Counted from the stretch's first letter, positions 28,126 through 41,596 are shown. The stretch: 64,000 nucleotides of DNA from Octopus sinensis (GCF_006345805.1 NC_042998.1:15438001-15502000); one strand, 5' to 3'. Notes: a model not told the origin generated them from the letters alone. Numbers and translations: made by a program.

Positions 28126-29011
28126 GATATCAACCGATGAGACTTAAGATGGTGGATGATGATGAATGTGTATGAAGGAAACAGACATATTTGCCGAAGC
28201 CGGGTTAATTTTGACAAGGCTGTATACGAAAAGTAGTCGTACATGGTAATGTTGGAAGTACCTATAAGTTACAGTAGAAATACAAAGAAATGAATCAGAG
28301 AGTGGTGAGAAATAGAAAGAAAAATATTGCAAGAAATGGAGAAATAGTGACTGAAATATATCAAGACTACAACCTGAGATGTTATATGTAAAGACAATAT
28401 CAGAGAATTGCGGAGAATGATCATAAGAAAAGTGTGAATGACAAAGACACGGTAAAAGATAAATTGAGGAAGAGGGCGATGAAGAGATTTTTGCTAGAGT
28501 TGTAGTAAAGAGAAAAGAGCATTGAGAGAATCGTGAAAGGTGATATAATAATAGTACATGAATATTTCATATGAAAAATTTCAGTAGTGTATTAGAAGTG
28601 AAAAGAAGTGAGATAGCGAGAAGTTATGAGAGAAACTTGCCGAGATAGAAAGGCGGAGAAGGGAGAGCGAAGAGGGAAAGAGAGAGAGAGAGAAGAGGTA
28701 TAGAAAGATAAAGCCAGGGAGTGGGGATGGAGAGATACAGAAAGAGAGAGATGGGGCGGAGAGACGTAAACTAAATAAAGGATAAAGATCAAAGACGGAG
28801 AAAGAAGGATCAAAATTACGTTCTGTATACTTTGTATACAAAGAGCAATGAAGAGAAAATTAAAAAAATAGAAAACAAAATGCAAACAAAATTTAGAAGG
28901 AAAGATGTATACACATCCCTCTGTCTGACCATACATATGTATGCATGTTTGTATGTATGTATATGTACAGATTTGTATACATGTATATATATATATATAT
29001 CTATGTATGTA

Positions 29012-29808
29012 TGAAATGAAACCGAACTCAGCTACTGGCCCCGATGGATTCCCAGCATGCAAGTGAATCATAGCTAGACTTCTGGAGTGCATGATGCTAA
29101 ATTGGCAATAAAATGTAGGCGGCTGACCGGATGGATTCCTAGAACTTATAGAACGAGAGATTAGGAAACCATGATGGTCCTCTAGAGAACATTTGTCCTA
29201 AGCCTTTGGCTATTGCTCCCAGCTATGGTCACCAACCAGTGTAAAACTTCATTTTAGAACTTGAGGCAATCCAACGAAGGTATACGAAGGAAGCTATGCA
29301 GCATATAAGCTACTGGGAAAGACTCAAGAGATTGAGACTCTATTCCGTAGAGCATAGGCGGGAAAGATATGTCATAATATATATCTAGAAGATCCTAGAG
29401 GGCAAGTTCCAAACTTTGGCATCGAGAGTTGCATTAATAATAGAACAGGGTGCCATTGCATCGTTACAAAGATGCCAAATTTGCCATCAACATATAGGAC
29501 AGGATATTGCTAGAGCCTGGGCTTTAAAGGCCCACAGATCTTCACTCTCCTTCAGAAGCACATAAGAGACCTACGTGGGGTGGATGTAGGTATCTTCAGA
29601 ACGAAACCAAACTTCTTACTGTCAAGTGTCCCAGATGAACCAACTTCAGAGCAGGACGTGGAGATGAGGGAATCAGCATCAAACTCCCTCATGCACGAAA
29701 CGTCATTTTCTAAAAAGAGCTGGTGAAGTAAAATTATGTAGCACACCAAATGGCGGTGTGTCAGCATAACCACAGCTCATGAGCTGAAACTAGATCAAAT
29801 CAGATCAG
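29012..29808 (+). mobile_element. CR1-like LINE, older copy with RT core deleted
   Basis: MKPNSATGPDGFPA (pre-RT motif) joined almost directly to ..LAIKCRRLTGWI.RTYRTR..LWSPTSV..LEAIQRRYTK; same 3' end CACAGCTCATGAGCTGAAACTAGA and tail as 11531. Confidence 0.85.
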
Positions 29809-30181
29809 TATGTATATATATATACCGGCGCCAAAGTGAAGGCATTTGAAAGATACACCTAAATATAATTTGTAGAACATTATACATGGTGGATTTCGGT
29901 TGAGCGTTCTCTGTCTAGTTCTGGAAATTATATTTTGTAAACGACAGACTATGCTGACGATCTTGAAGATATTTGCGTGTTCATATACGTAAATATTAAC
30001 AAGTCAAACCAATGGTACATAGGTAGTGGTTTTTTATTTGGTATATTTTTATTTGTCTTGCTTATTTTTACATTTTGTTTTATTGCTGAGATTTTTCTTG
30101 AGAACACATTCTTCGTGATAATGGCGATTTGGCGTCTATATTTAGCATATAGGTTGTCTACTTTAGTGTTTAGTCCTCTAA

Positions 30182-30218
<37 letters not shown>

Positions 30219-30707
30219 TACATATGCATATGCCTGCATACATATAGAAGTGCAAGCATGTGTACATACATAAATGCAAGCATGCAATTTTGTAAATCCT
30301 ATTAACAAATGAAAAATGTGTAACGGTGGATAAATAATATCCATAGTCCGTTGTACTGTTGTAATACCCATAAGAACACACAGAGAGACACACACAAACT
30401 CACAGACACATGCACTCACAAAAGCACACTATGTCACACACCCGCACGGGCACATATGCACATATACGTATATATATTTATATATTCATTTATTTTCATA
30501 CGTAAATCTAATAAAAAGTTACAAATAGCGAAACATGTAGTAGCATCAGGTGAGATTATCACATTTATACATTGGAACATGAATGCAGGATTCTTTCAGG
30601 AACATATGTCAGAAGAGGTCTATAAATTACCCTTGTATTCTCCTGAACATATTATGAACGTGTGTGCATGTGTGTCAATCATACACACACATCCGCGAGA
30701 GCACACG

Positions 30708-30747
<40 letters not shown>

Positions 30748-30819
30748 CACACATATGTATATATATATATATATATATATATCTATATATATATATATAT
30801 ATATATACGTATGAGTATG

Positions 30820-30945
30820 CTTGCAGTTAAGAAATGCGCATTGCCACTAGCTTCCAGATTCAGACCCGTGGCACACCATCTTGGTAAAATATTTTCTCTT
30901 AGTTTTCCAGGACAACCAAAGACTTGAAAAAGAATTTCGTCGACT
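30820..30945 (+). mobile_element. Degenerate SINE family 1-like head
   Basis: CAGATTCAGACCC..GGCACACCATCTTGGTAAAATATTTTCT..GGACAACCAAAGACTTG aligns loosely to family 1. Confidence 0.4.
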
Positions 30946-31689
30946 TACACACCCAGAGACACACAATCACACACACATAAGCGTGCGCACACATTATACA
31001 GAGATACAGAGGCAGAAAAAGAGAAGGAGAGAGAGAGAAAGTGAGAGAGAAAGAAGGATAAAATAGAATAAAAATATTTAGTTTGAGTAGGGCTATTAAC
31101 AGTAATGATATTTCAGTTGAAGTATCTGCATGCTAAACACACATACACACACACACACAGAAACACACAGACGCATACACACAGCACGCGGACACACAGT
31201 GTATAAAATTTAAAAATTTTGATTAATTGTAATTATTTTAGCACTTAGAAGAACGAAATTTTCTCTAGGCGTGATTAATATCTAAAAGCAGCATGCGAGG
31301 TCAATAACATCAATAAATAGTGGCTAGGTCAAATATTTTTGAAAATACATAGAATGCAATTAAGAGTGCAGCTGGCTTAAAAACCAAGAATACTGCATCT
31401 GTGCTTGCATATGTGTGTGAGTGTGCGTGTGTGTGAGAGTGCCTTGTGGTAATGGAATGGGGAGTGTTGCTTTCGGTGTTTCGTTTTAACTGTCTTCTGG
31501 CGAATGCATATTTTACATTGAATAAGATTCTATCTACTTACAAGAATTGAGAAATTTCGTCTCACAGTATATCGATTTAAGGTGACACCATCTACGTATA
31601 TATACATATACATGGTGCTCCAGCATCGCCGCGGTCAAATGGCAGAAACATAGAATAATATATGCACACACACACACACACACACATAT

Positions 31690-31906
31690 TACAAAATGTG
31701 ACCTCATGTGTACCGTTGGCGATTTTTTCCCCTCTGTCTTCCTTTCTCTGGACCTTTCCTTCTCCTATGTTTCCGACGAAGAGCTCCGCTCGAAACGTTA
31801 AGCCCTCCTTCTTCCCTTCTTTCCTGAGCGTCCAATAATACTATATTTGTTCCACGTCTTCGCGTTGTTGTGTTTTTTTTGTGCTTTCTTGTTTGGATTA
31901 ACTTTA
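31690..31906 (+). mobile_element. Short non-autonomous hammerhead-bearing module, family A copy 1
   Basis: Homologous to 41820-42016 and 56074-56288; 5' flank (CA)n, 3' flank (TA)n. Confidence 0.85.
31769..31803 (+). ncRNA. Minimal type I hammerhead-ribozyme-like motif (U4C core variant)
   Basis: GTTT CCGACGA A GAGC-TCC-GCTC GAA ACGT T AAGC; stem I GTTT/AAGC with one G-U pair. Confidence 0.65.
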
Positions 31907-32086
31907 TGTAGATATATATATATATATATATATAATTATGTGAAATAGAAAGATGAATAATCTTGTAGTAGATTAATCAAAAGTTAACCGATAACCTTAG
32001 TAGCAAAAATCACAGCAGTAAAACAGCACGGTTGGAGGTACAACAATATGGTGTTGCCACCGTGCGTTGGTGCGGATAATTGAAAT

Positions 32087-34437
32087 TAGAAACATTATTG
32101 GTGAATTGAAGAAATGGAGCTGAACGCAGATTGAACAGAAATCGTTTTATTTCATTCTACACGTGTTTCGAAGGCACAAATTACCAAAATCCGATGGAAT
32201 AATGGGACCATATTGTGTCTTTCTCTTCAGGAAGAAAATAGGAAATCCGTTGGAAAAACAAAAAACAGAACAGAGGCGGAGCAAAAACAAATCGAACTAT
32301 GCTCCTAAGAGCCCATGGCGAAACTGTTTATCAGTGTATGTTGAGAACCGGTGGCTGAAGAATTCAACGGGTCAGGCATCGGTCAATCATGTGGGTGAGG
32401 GTGCGTAGATGTTCTTTGTGACCGAGAATAAAGTTCTGACTATTTAAGGAATATTGGATGTGTTTTAAAGGGGCGAGAAAAAAAATCTACTTAGAGTGTT
32501 GTGTGTGTATACTGTTCTATATATGTGTGTGTTGGCGTAGGGGTAGAAAACATTTTTTGTGTACGTGTGTGCGTTTGATCGTTCGGCTGTCAGTGGCTAC
32601 TGCCGTGATAACCGTTGGGTGGCAGAAAAAAAAAATATATATCATGTTTTATGTGTGTGTGTGTTCATCTAAGCCTGCTTGTCAAGGAAACCCCCCGCGT
32701 GTGAAAACCAAGCCCCGTTTGTCTTACAGGAGTAATTCCCCTTGCAGTGTTAATCGTAGATATCTTAAAGGCTATTTCAGAATTTGTTACCATGGGCTAT
32801 GGGTGCCGGTATTATTTATAAACGCTATTTAAAAGCCAGATATGTGTAACGCCCGCCAATGGGGGCATCGAAAAGCCGACTGTAAAAGCCCGTTTACCAT
32901 CCCCTTTGGTAAGCAGATTAGAACTAACCTCCCCCTCATGTTTAGACAAGCCATCGCCAATAACTTCCCCAGAAATTCCAATATTACTCGCCACGGTTAA
33001 CTCGCATAAAGTTAGGATAGCTTTCTCCAACACTAAAACCTCGCCCAGATAATCGCCTCCCATAATAATAGGCTACTTACTAAGACCCTATCACCTTTTT
33101 CCGGAGGCACAGCCTCTTCCGCTCCCGGTTTTAATGCTCAGTAGGAATAATTATAGTAGTAATAATGATATGAGAGCCAGTACAGTGACACATAATCTCA
33201 GCTCCAGCCAGTGAGTACCCACTAGGGGTATAGTTATAAATAGGGGTGTTGTGGTTGACGGTAACATGGGAGTAGGGTAGAGAGCCCCATAGCATCCCAG
33301 CATCAATTTCCCGCAATAGCAGCACCACGGGCAGTAGCAATGACAGCACTTTGATAGATAGTGGAGAATCAGGGTTATTCCTATAGTTAATAGTGACGTA
33401 GTGGAAAATAGAGTAGTAAGCGGCTGCAGGTCTCGGAACGAATATAGTGACAGGAACGCAGTTCTAATTTCAGAAACTAATCCTAGCAGAATTAGATTCA
33501 CGTCGGCGAACTCCAAGATCAAAAACGCCGTCTACCAATGCAAGGTTTACACGGACTCAGATGTCTTCACTTATGTAGGGGCCTCATCCTCAAGATTGTC
33601 TTTGCGTGTCTCCAACCATTACGCAACTTTTCGGGACATGAACAAGCGCCAGACCACGGGACTCATTGGCGGCGTTACACTTATCTGGCTTTTAAATAGC
33701 GTTTATAAATAATACCGGCACCCATAGCCCTTGGTAACAAATTCTGAAATAGCCTTTAAGATATCTACGATTAACCACTGCAAGGGGAATTACTCCTGTA
33801 AGACAAACGGGGCTTGGTTTTTTCACAGCGGGGGGTTTCCTTGACAAGGCAGGCTTAGATGAACACACACACACATAAAACATGATATATATTTTTTTTT
33901 TCTGCCACCCAACGGTTATCACGGCAGTAGCCACTGACAGCCGAACGATCAAACGCACACACGTACACAAAAAATGTTTTCTACCCCTACGCCAACACAC
34001 ACATATATAGAACAGTATACACACACACACGTCTCTAAGTAGATTTTTTCTCGCCCCTTATAAAACATCCAATATTCCTTAAATAGTCAGAACTTTTTTC
34101 TCGGTCACAAAGAACATCTACGCACCCTCACCCACATGATTGACCGATGCCTGACCCGTTGAATTCTTCAGCCACCGGTTCTCAACATACACTGATAAAC
34201 AGTTTCGCCATGGGCTCTTAGGAGCATAGTTCGATTTGTTTTTGCTCCGCCTCTGTTCTGTTTTTGTTTTTCCAACGGATTTCCTATTTTCTTCCTGAAG
34301 AGAAAGACACAATATGGTCCCATTATTCCATCGGATTTTGGTAATTGTGCCTTTCGAAACACGTGTAGAATGAAATAAAACGATTTCTGTTCAATCTGCG
34401 TTCAGCTCCATTTCTTCAATTCACCAATAATGTTCTA
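32087..34437 (+). mobile_element. 5'-truncated Penelope-like element with ~770 bp inverted terminal arms
   Basis: 32087-32861 is the reverse complement of 33664-34437 (duplicated ORF translations confirm). Spacer encodes the PLE linker FTIPFGKQIRTNLPLMFRQAIANNFPRN..NSHKVRIAFSNTK.LAQIIASHNNRLL and the GIY-YIG NAVYQCKV..FTYVGASS.RLSLRVSNHYATFRD. Confidence 0.85.
33401..33712 (+). pseudogene. GIY-YIG endonuclease domain of the Penelope-like element
   Basis: AVYQCKV (GIY equivalent), TYVG (YIG equivalent), conserved R and H in RVSNH; frame breaks after TTGL. Confidence 0.8.
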
Positions 34438-34445
34438 TATATATA

Positions 34446-34480
<35 letters not shown>

Positions 34481-34892
34481 ATTTAAAGACAACAAACAGA
34501 AAATACGTCGTAAAATATATATACGTGCAGACATGTGTACTTATGTCATAACCTAAACCCACCCAGCCATCCCTCACACAATATAAATTTGTAGTAGCAT
34601 ATATGAATTCATAGAATCGTATGACAATCGCAGAAATCCCCTCCAGTGCACCCGGTTGTCGATATGGAGGAGTACAGTATAGAATTCTATGTAGCTAAAA
34701 TCCAGGGGATCGCATGTATAGAATTATTTCATGAGGATTATATAAACCAAACGCAAATGTGTCAATGGGTTTGGGAGCTGAATACATATGTTTAGTCACT
34801 TGAAGTCCTGAGATTTCAACAAAACAGTGTATATTATTATATATAACTGTCCGGATGTTTTGCGTTCTTGACCCATTTCTGTATTTTATCTG

Positions 34893-34943
<51 letters not shown>

Positions 34944-34972
34944 GGTTTGGAGATGATGTACAGGTATTTTAT

Positions 34973-35333
34973 TTAGAAGAAATGAGGTACTCAGAAATTA
35001 GGATGCTTTATATTTTACAGATATTTATTTGTATATTACATGTTTTTATATATCATATGTATAGCGCTTTCGTCCATTCTGGTGGATTTTTCAAATTGAC
35101 CTAATTCCCGTGGAAAGATTTTGTGGAAATGGTCAAAATCTTTCCACAGGAACTTAGTTCAATTTGAAACATCCACCAGAATGGACGCAATTTGAAAAAT
35201 CCACCAGAATAGACGAAAGCGCTAATATATGATATATGAAATAATTTATATGATGTATAAAAATAAGTAATATACAAATTTATATCTGTAAATATAAAAC
35301 CATCCGAATTTCTGTGTACCTCATTTCTTCTAA
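34973..35333. mobile_element. Fold-back hairpin element / MITE in (TA)n
   Basis: TTAGAAGAAATGAGGTAC...GATTTTG [loop 35124-35133] CAAAATC...GTACCTCATTTCTTCTAA; the right arm carries a ~30 bp tandem duplication. Confidence 0.8.
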
Positions 35334-35354
35334 TATATATATAGTAGCTCATTC

Positions 35355-35480
35355 AGAGTCCATTTCTATCAAACTCACTCCCAAAGTTCTGATTAGTCGA
35401 GGAATATAGGGAAGGATATTTTTCCATGTTGCCGTCCAGTGAGACTGAACCATGTTTGTGGGAAGGAAAATTCTTACTGT
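35355..35480 (-). mobile_element. Degenerate SINE family 1-like head
   Basis: CAAACTCACTCCCAAAG..GTCGAGGAATATAGGGAAGGATA..CAGTGAGACTGAACC. Confidence 0.45.
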
Positions 35481-35679
35481 ATATAATTATGTAATTATTT
35501 ACGTATTTGTCTCACTATCTGTACATATGTGTATATATGTTTATGTATGATCATGGTACACCTCAGGCTGAAGGAATCAACAAAAGTACGGTGGTGATCC
35601 AGCATAACTGCAGCTTCATGGGTGAAACGAAAAAAAAAATAAAGATAATATTTATATATGTGTATATATAAACTCGCAT

Positions 35680-35759
<80 letters not shown>

Positions 35760-35768
35760 GTAAATATG

Positions 35769-35808
<40 letters not shown>

Positions 35809-35837
35809 ATAGATATATATATATATATATATATATA

Positions 35838-35998
35838 TTCTCTACTCTGTTACTTTCCACGTGTTCCTTTCTGTTGAGGAGAACAGGCTCGAAACATAAA
35901 ATACTTTCTCACCTTCACGTGCGTCATACTAATACACTTGCTTGTTCTTTATACACCTGTCTTCGTCTTATGCTTTTCTGTAAATTTCTGCTATATAA
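35838..35998 (+). mobile_element. Short hammerhead-bearing module, family B copy 2
   Basis: Homologous to 27843-28065; between (TA)n tracts. Confidence 0.65.
35867..35902 (+). ncRNA. Degenerate minimal hammerhead-like motif (A6U core variant)
   Basis: CTTT CTGTTGA G GAGA-ACAG-GCTC GAA ACAT A AAAT; stem III palindrome broken (ACAT). Confidence 0.45.
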
Positions 35999-36295
35999 TA
36001 TATATATACATCTTGCATGTGCATTTCATAGTATGGACTTTGCAATATCTGTTGGTAGCGTGAATTAACATATAAAAACCAAATATGCGAGTGTGCAACG
36101 TATTTACAGAACATATATTTACATAACAAATTTCTATAAGAATCTATCAATATCACCTTTCTTATATTCATATCGTATATCCTATCCTGATCAAAAATTG
36201 CCTTAACATTCTTTCTCACACATTCACTGCTTGATATACGAATATTGTTCAATTGCCACTTCTTCATGATTTCTATAACTTATCTTCACTTTACC

Positions 36296-36400
<105 letters not shown>

Positions 36401-36596
36401 CCGTACGAAATGTTTAGACACAAAGACATTCCTCTCTGGCCAATCGTTCCTCAACTTTTTCAAGTACCACTTGAAAAGGAAGTTCAGAATAGAGAAAGAA
36501 TCTTTGTCATGAAAATTTCTGTAAAAGATGGGTGAATGCCACAAAGATGGCATGCGTGAATGACGAAACCACTTTGAGCATAATCCTGTAAATCAA

Positions 36597-36634
<38 letters not shown>

Positions 36635-38265
36635 CGCTGCTTTACTCTCATGTGTTTCTTTCCCTACCTGAGGTTACCGTAGTCGTTTTCGTAGGTTCTT
36701 CTTTCCCGGGATAAACCTGATCTGTGTTACATTTTTTACCCCCCCCCCTTCCTTTTGGGAAATCATTTATAAACGTAATATTGTTATTTCGCTGTTTACA
36801 CGTTCCAAGCGCATTCGATCCCTTTTGATAGTATTTTTTATTTCTCTTTCGATAAGAAAAGTTCCACATTGTATTGTCCCTTCTTTTTTCGGTCCTGCGT
36901 GGCTAATAAAGAAATCTATCTACGTTTCTATTTATCTATATCTTTCTCTCTCTCTCTTTCTCTCTTCCCTCTCTCTCTCTCTATCTATATCTATACATCT
37001 ATCCATATATATATATGCATACGCATTTATATGCCTATTATTTGTATCTGCATGTGTGTGGGCATTGTGTTCATTGCCATACAGCATGCCAAACCGCATT
37101 GGCCTATTCCGTCAAAACGCGAATAAAAGTATAATTTCCAAATTTATAAGAAATATAAAAAAAAGTTAAACAATTCTAACGTTGATCTCTTCAACTAAGC
37201 CCTTTAGGCTCTCCAAGACATTATGTTAGAATACCTGCAGTTCAATGAATGAAACGAGTAAAAGAAAATATGAATATGAATTTGTATTTTTTCGTGTCAT
37301 AGCGTATCTTCATTTAATTTTTCGTTATAGTGCACTGCATTTGTTTTGAAATAAATATAATCATTGTACAATGAATACATCATATATTTAGATGCGCTCC
37401 TAATTCAGTTGCATTTTAGTATTCCGGTTCATATAAAAGGAATTTTGTTTACTGACCCCTTTAATATCGATAAAAGTAATTAAGCGTTAGGCATATATTT
37501 CGAGTTGATCCCAGTATATCTGATCGTTACAGCTTTTTGAGGCATTTGGTCGTAATAAGATCACGTGGCCACCAAGCAGTCACTGAAATACACTGCCCCG
37601 TCTGCGCCTATATGTTTAAAAATTCTCTGCGTAATATATATTACAATATACTATCTTAGATTTATTGTATGCTTCTAAAACATACAATGTTGCACCGATA
37701 TATTTATTAATTATTTAATCATACACCTGATGACGGAACGGTATGAAAATAAGCCTAGCAATATATAAGCTAACTCCTAGTTTGTTTTGGTTGTAATAAC
37801 GATTGACAGCAATTTCTCGTCAGAAGGAAGTTGAAAGGATACTGCTCCTCTTACGAGGGTGAAAATGATGTGAAAATATATTCGAATAATATACTTTTTT
37901 TCTGTTTGGAAAAAGAATACCGAGATATATTCTTTATGTTCAACTCTTAACAACAATAAGTTTAACAAAAAAAAATATATATATTTCAATTATTTTAAAA
38001 CAGTCTTATGTTACTAATAAACGCTTTGCTGGGCAAAACTTTTTGTTATTAATCAAGGTGACGACCAATGAGAATTACGTAAATTAGATTAGCCGTTACA
38101 GCTAATTTCTGTTTGTTGTCGAAATAATGAGTCATATACATTCAGAGAAAGTGAACAGTATGAGGATGTGCTTGTGATTGTGGGTGAGGTCAATAAACGG
38201 CAAGATATTTCAAAATGATTTTCATTAGTTTTTCTCTTTGCAAAATGAATAAATAACAATATAAG

Positions 38266-38320
<55 letters not shown>

Positions 38321-38539
38321 ATGTATGTGTGAGTTTCTGTGTGTCTGTATTTGTGCGCGTGCACGTGTGTGAATTAGTGTGGGTGGGTGTTCTCTCGCGT
38401 CTGGTACTGTGTGTATGTCTGTGTATGAGCACAAATATTTCTCAGCAATACAGCGAATATTGGTTTCTGTCCAAACCCATCGGTGTTAGCGTTCAAATCA
38501 TAGTATAGCATCGCATTTTGAGAGATTGATATACATGCA

Positions 38540-38540
38540 A

Positions 38541-38603
<63 letters not shown>

Positions 38604-38636
38604 CACTGCTGCTACTACTACTACTACTACTACTAC

Positions 38637-38680
<44 letters not shown>

Positions 38681-38816
38681 TAATAATAGCGTATATATGC
38701 ATGCATATGTACATACATATACGTGCCTACATAAAAGTATGCATAAATATGTATATAGGTATGTATATATATATACACACATGTAGTTACAAACACGTAC
38801 ACACATACACGAACGT

Positions 38817-38870
<54 letters not shown>

Positions 38871-39010
38871 GTATATGTATATGTATATATATATATATAT
38901 GCATGTATGTATGTATATGTATATATATATGTATATATATATATATATGTATGTATGTATATGTATATATATATGTATATACATATATATATATATGCAT
39001 ATATATGTAT

Positions 39011-39054
<44 letters not shown>

Positions 39055-39100
39055 ATATGCGTATATCTGTTTATACATATATGTATGTATATACATATTA
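38540..39100. repeat. (CTA)n(ATA)n followed by TA/TG compound microsatellite
   Basis: Direct reading; source of the poly-Y/N/S/V ORFs. Confidence 0.95.
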
Positions 39101-39566
39101 TGGAGCCTGATTTAATTTTGAAGAGAGTCTTTAGCTAAGTATACTCATTATAATGCATCAGCAGATGTTTGAAATAACCACTCTAAATATCTACAATATT
39201 GAATACCTAATTCTCATTTCCGTCTTATGCTTAACATTGATTATTAATTAAATATCCTTCCCCCAAATGAGAAGAAAAAAAAAAAGGAAGGCATAATTCA
39301 GCGAACGGAAGAAAGAGGATATAAGGCGAATGAATGATACAGCAACATTGTTAATGACAGGAAATAAATAAAGCTAATTCTGAAACAGGAAATCAACACA
39401 CGCAGATGTTAATCGCCATTTTAGACTAGAAATAGCCTTTGGCTGTAAGTTGATCGGGATTCCCTCTATTTGTCGAAACAATTCTGCTATGCATACGGCA
39501 TGTGTTGGATTTTATTCCTTGAAGGAATATGCACACATTTATATACATATATATGCACACACACAT

Positions 39567-39599
<33 letters not shown>

Positions 39600-39677
39600 C
39601 ATATATATATACAGGCAAATACGCATATGTCTATACACCCACAAATACATATAAGTTTGTACACACGCATATTTAAA

Positions 39678-39800
39678 AGACCGATAGAAAAAGTACTAGG
39701 CTAACACAGGATTAATGCTGGGACCGATTTCTTCCACTAAGACCCTTTAAGGCGGTGCTGCACAATGGCCACATTCAAATAGCTGAAATAAATAAAAGGA
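39678..39800 (+). mobile_element. SINE family 1 3' part, degenerate
   Basis: ACCGATAGAAAAAGTACTAGGCT..TAAGGCGGTGCTGCACAATGGCCACATTCAAATAGCTGAAATAAATAAAAG. Confidence 0.65.
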
Positions 39801-39822
39801 TATATATATATATATATATATA

Positions 39823-40646
39823 TTCAAATGAATTCAAATGAATATGATACTTAACTTAGATGCACCAGAATTCTTTATGGTATTAACCATAAAATTATGT
39901 GGGGTGATTATAACCAAGAAAAAAGTAACAAGAATGGATCAGTATTTTAGTACAATTGTTTCATACTAAGAACATTTTATTTAAAGCTGCAAATATTACA
40001 GCAAATATAATGTCAAGTATTCATCAGCTAAATCACATATATGTTTTCCAAACACCCTAGAGAGTGTAATTATCCTTATGAAGAATTAGGAGTGAGTTCT
40101 ATGACTTTGAAGTAAGATTATAAGCTGATTCTATATGTTTTCCAACAATGCAGTTTTAAAAAAAACTTTATTCCCTCTTACTACCCCACTCCTTTCCTCC
40201 CATAATGTCCTTTACTTTGGCTAAACCTACCCAGCTGTCTTTCTTGCTACTATAAAATTCTGTCTGCAACAGTTAGATGTGAACTGAACCGGTGTGTGAC
40301 CAGTATCTTTCCTCATGTCTACTGGAACTTAATTCTGCATATTTATGGATGGAATTACCTTCTCTGAAAAGTTAATAATCATTTTAAAAACATTTTTTTT
40401 TAAACTGCGCATTGTTGGAAAACATATAAAGTCTGCTTATAATCTTACTTCAAATTCATAGAACTCACTCTGAATACTTCATAAGGATATTTACACTCTC
40501 TAGGATGTTTGGAAAACATATATATGATTTAGCTGATGAATACTTGACATTATATTTGCTGTAATATTTGCAGCTTTAAATAAAATGTTCTTAGTATGAA
40601 ACAATTGTACTAAAATACAGATCCATTCTTGTTACTTTTTTCTTGG

Positions 40647-40651
<5 letters not shown>
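39823..40651. mobile_element. Asymmetric fold-back element family H copy 1
   Basis: (TA)n, ~85 bp single-copy leader, arm 39909-40166, ~226 bp spacer, inverted arm 40393-40651, (TA)n; homologous to 56310-56958. Confidence 0.8.
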
Positions 40652-40743
<92 letters not shown>

Positions 40744-40756
40744 TATGTAAATTTAA

Positions 40757-41390
40757 ATAAAGAAGTAATATCACTGTTATTAATGATAATAATATGATGG
40801 TTAGCAAGTTTACCCGTTTCTAGGCATAACAGAAGCATAATTTAAATTCCCTAGGATATTTAAATACTACTTGCTATAATGGGAGCCATCGCTCGAAAAC
40901 CGCCAGTAACGCACTATTAGGAGATACACGGGCATTGCAATGAAGATAGAATAAACAGGCTTACCTTACGTAAGGAATGTGTATTTCAATATGAATTGAT
41001 ATCACCCTCTGTATTTCAATTATACTCTGGGATCGTCAGTTGAAAATAACGTTTTTAACATCTATTTTTGAACTATTCATCACATTACCCTGTGTGCGTT
41101 GTTTACTTTAAACGTTACCGCGACATTTAAAGTCAGTATAAATCTAAAGAAGTATTATCATCGTTATTAATGATAATAATAAGATGGTGAGCAAGTTTAC
41201 ACCCTTAGATTTAGATTCCGTAGGGTATTTGTTATAATCGGAGCCATCGCTCCAAAACCACCTGTAATTCATTATTAGGATACACACGGGCAATGCAATG
41301 AACAGGAGTAGCTTGTGTGGAATACAAAACTAAGGTATGTATCTTTAAATATCAATTGATTTCACATCACACAGAAGGTGAAATGAATTG
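40757..41390. repeat. Old tandem duplication, period ~388 bp
   Basis: AAGAAGTAATATCA..TTATTAATGATAATAAT.AGATGG..AGCAAGTTTAC..GGAGCCATCGCTC.AAAACC..ACACGGGCA.TGCAATGAA at both 40757-41006 and 41145-41366. Confidence 0.75.
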
Positions 41391-41546
41391 ATATTGAAAT
41401 ATCAATTCCGTACTTATGTATCGCATGCAAGATAAACCTGTTTCTCCTACGTTCATTGCATTGCCGTGTGTATATTACTAGTGAGTACTTGTGGATTTCG
41501 AGTGATAGCTCCGATTCTAGCAAGTGGTGTCTAAATACCCTACTGA

Positions 41547-41596
<50 letters not shown>

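Noticed and set aside
28290-28830. Strongly purine-skewed tract
   Set aside because: Low complexity with multiple stops; no recognisable motif.
37735-37775. CTGATGA...GAAA
   Set aside because: Stems II and III do not form properly; at best a decayed remnant.
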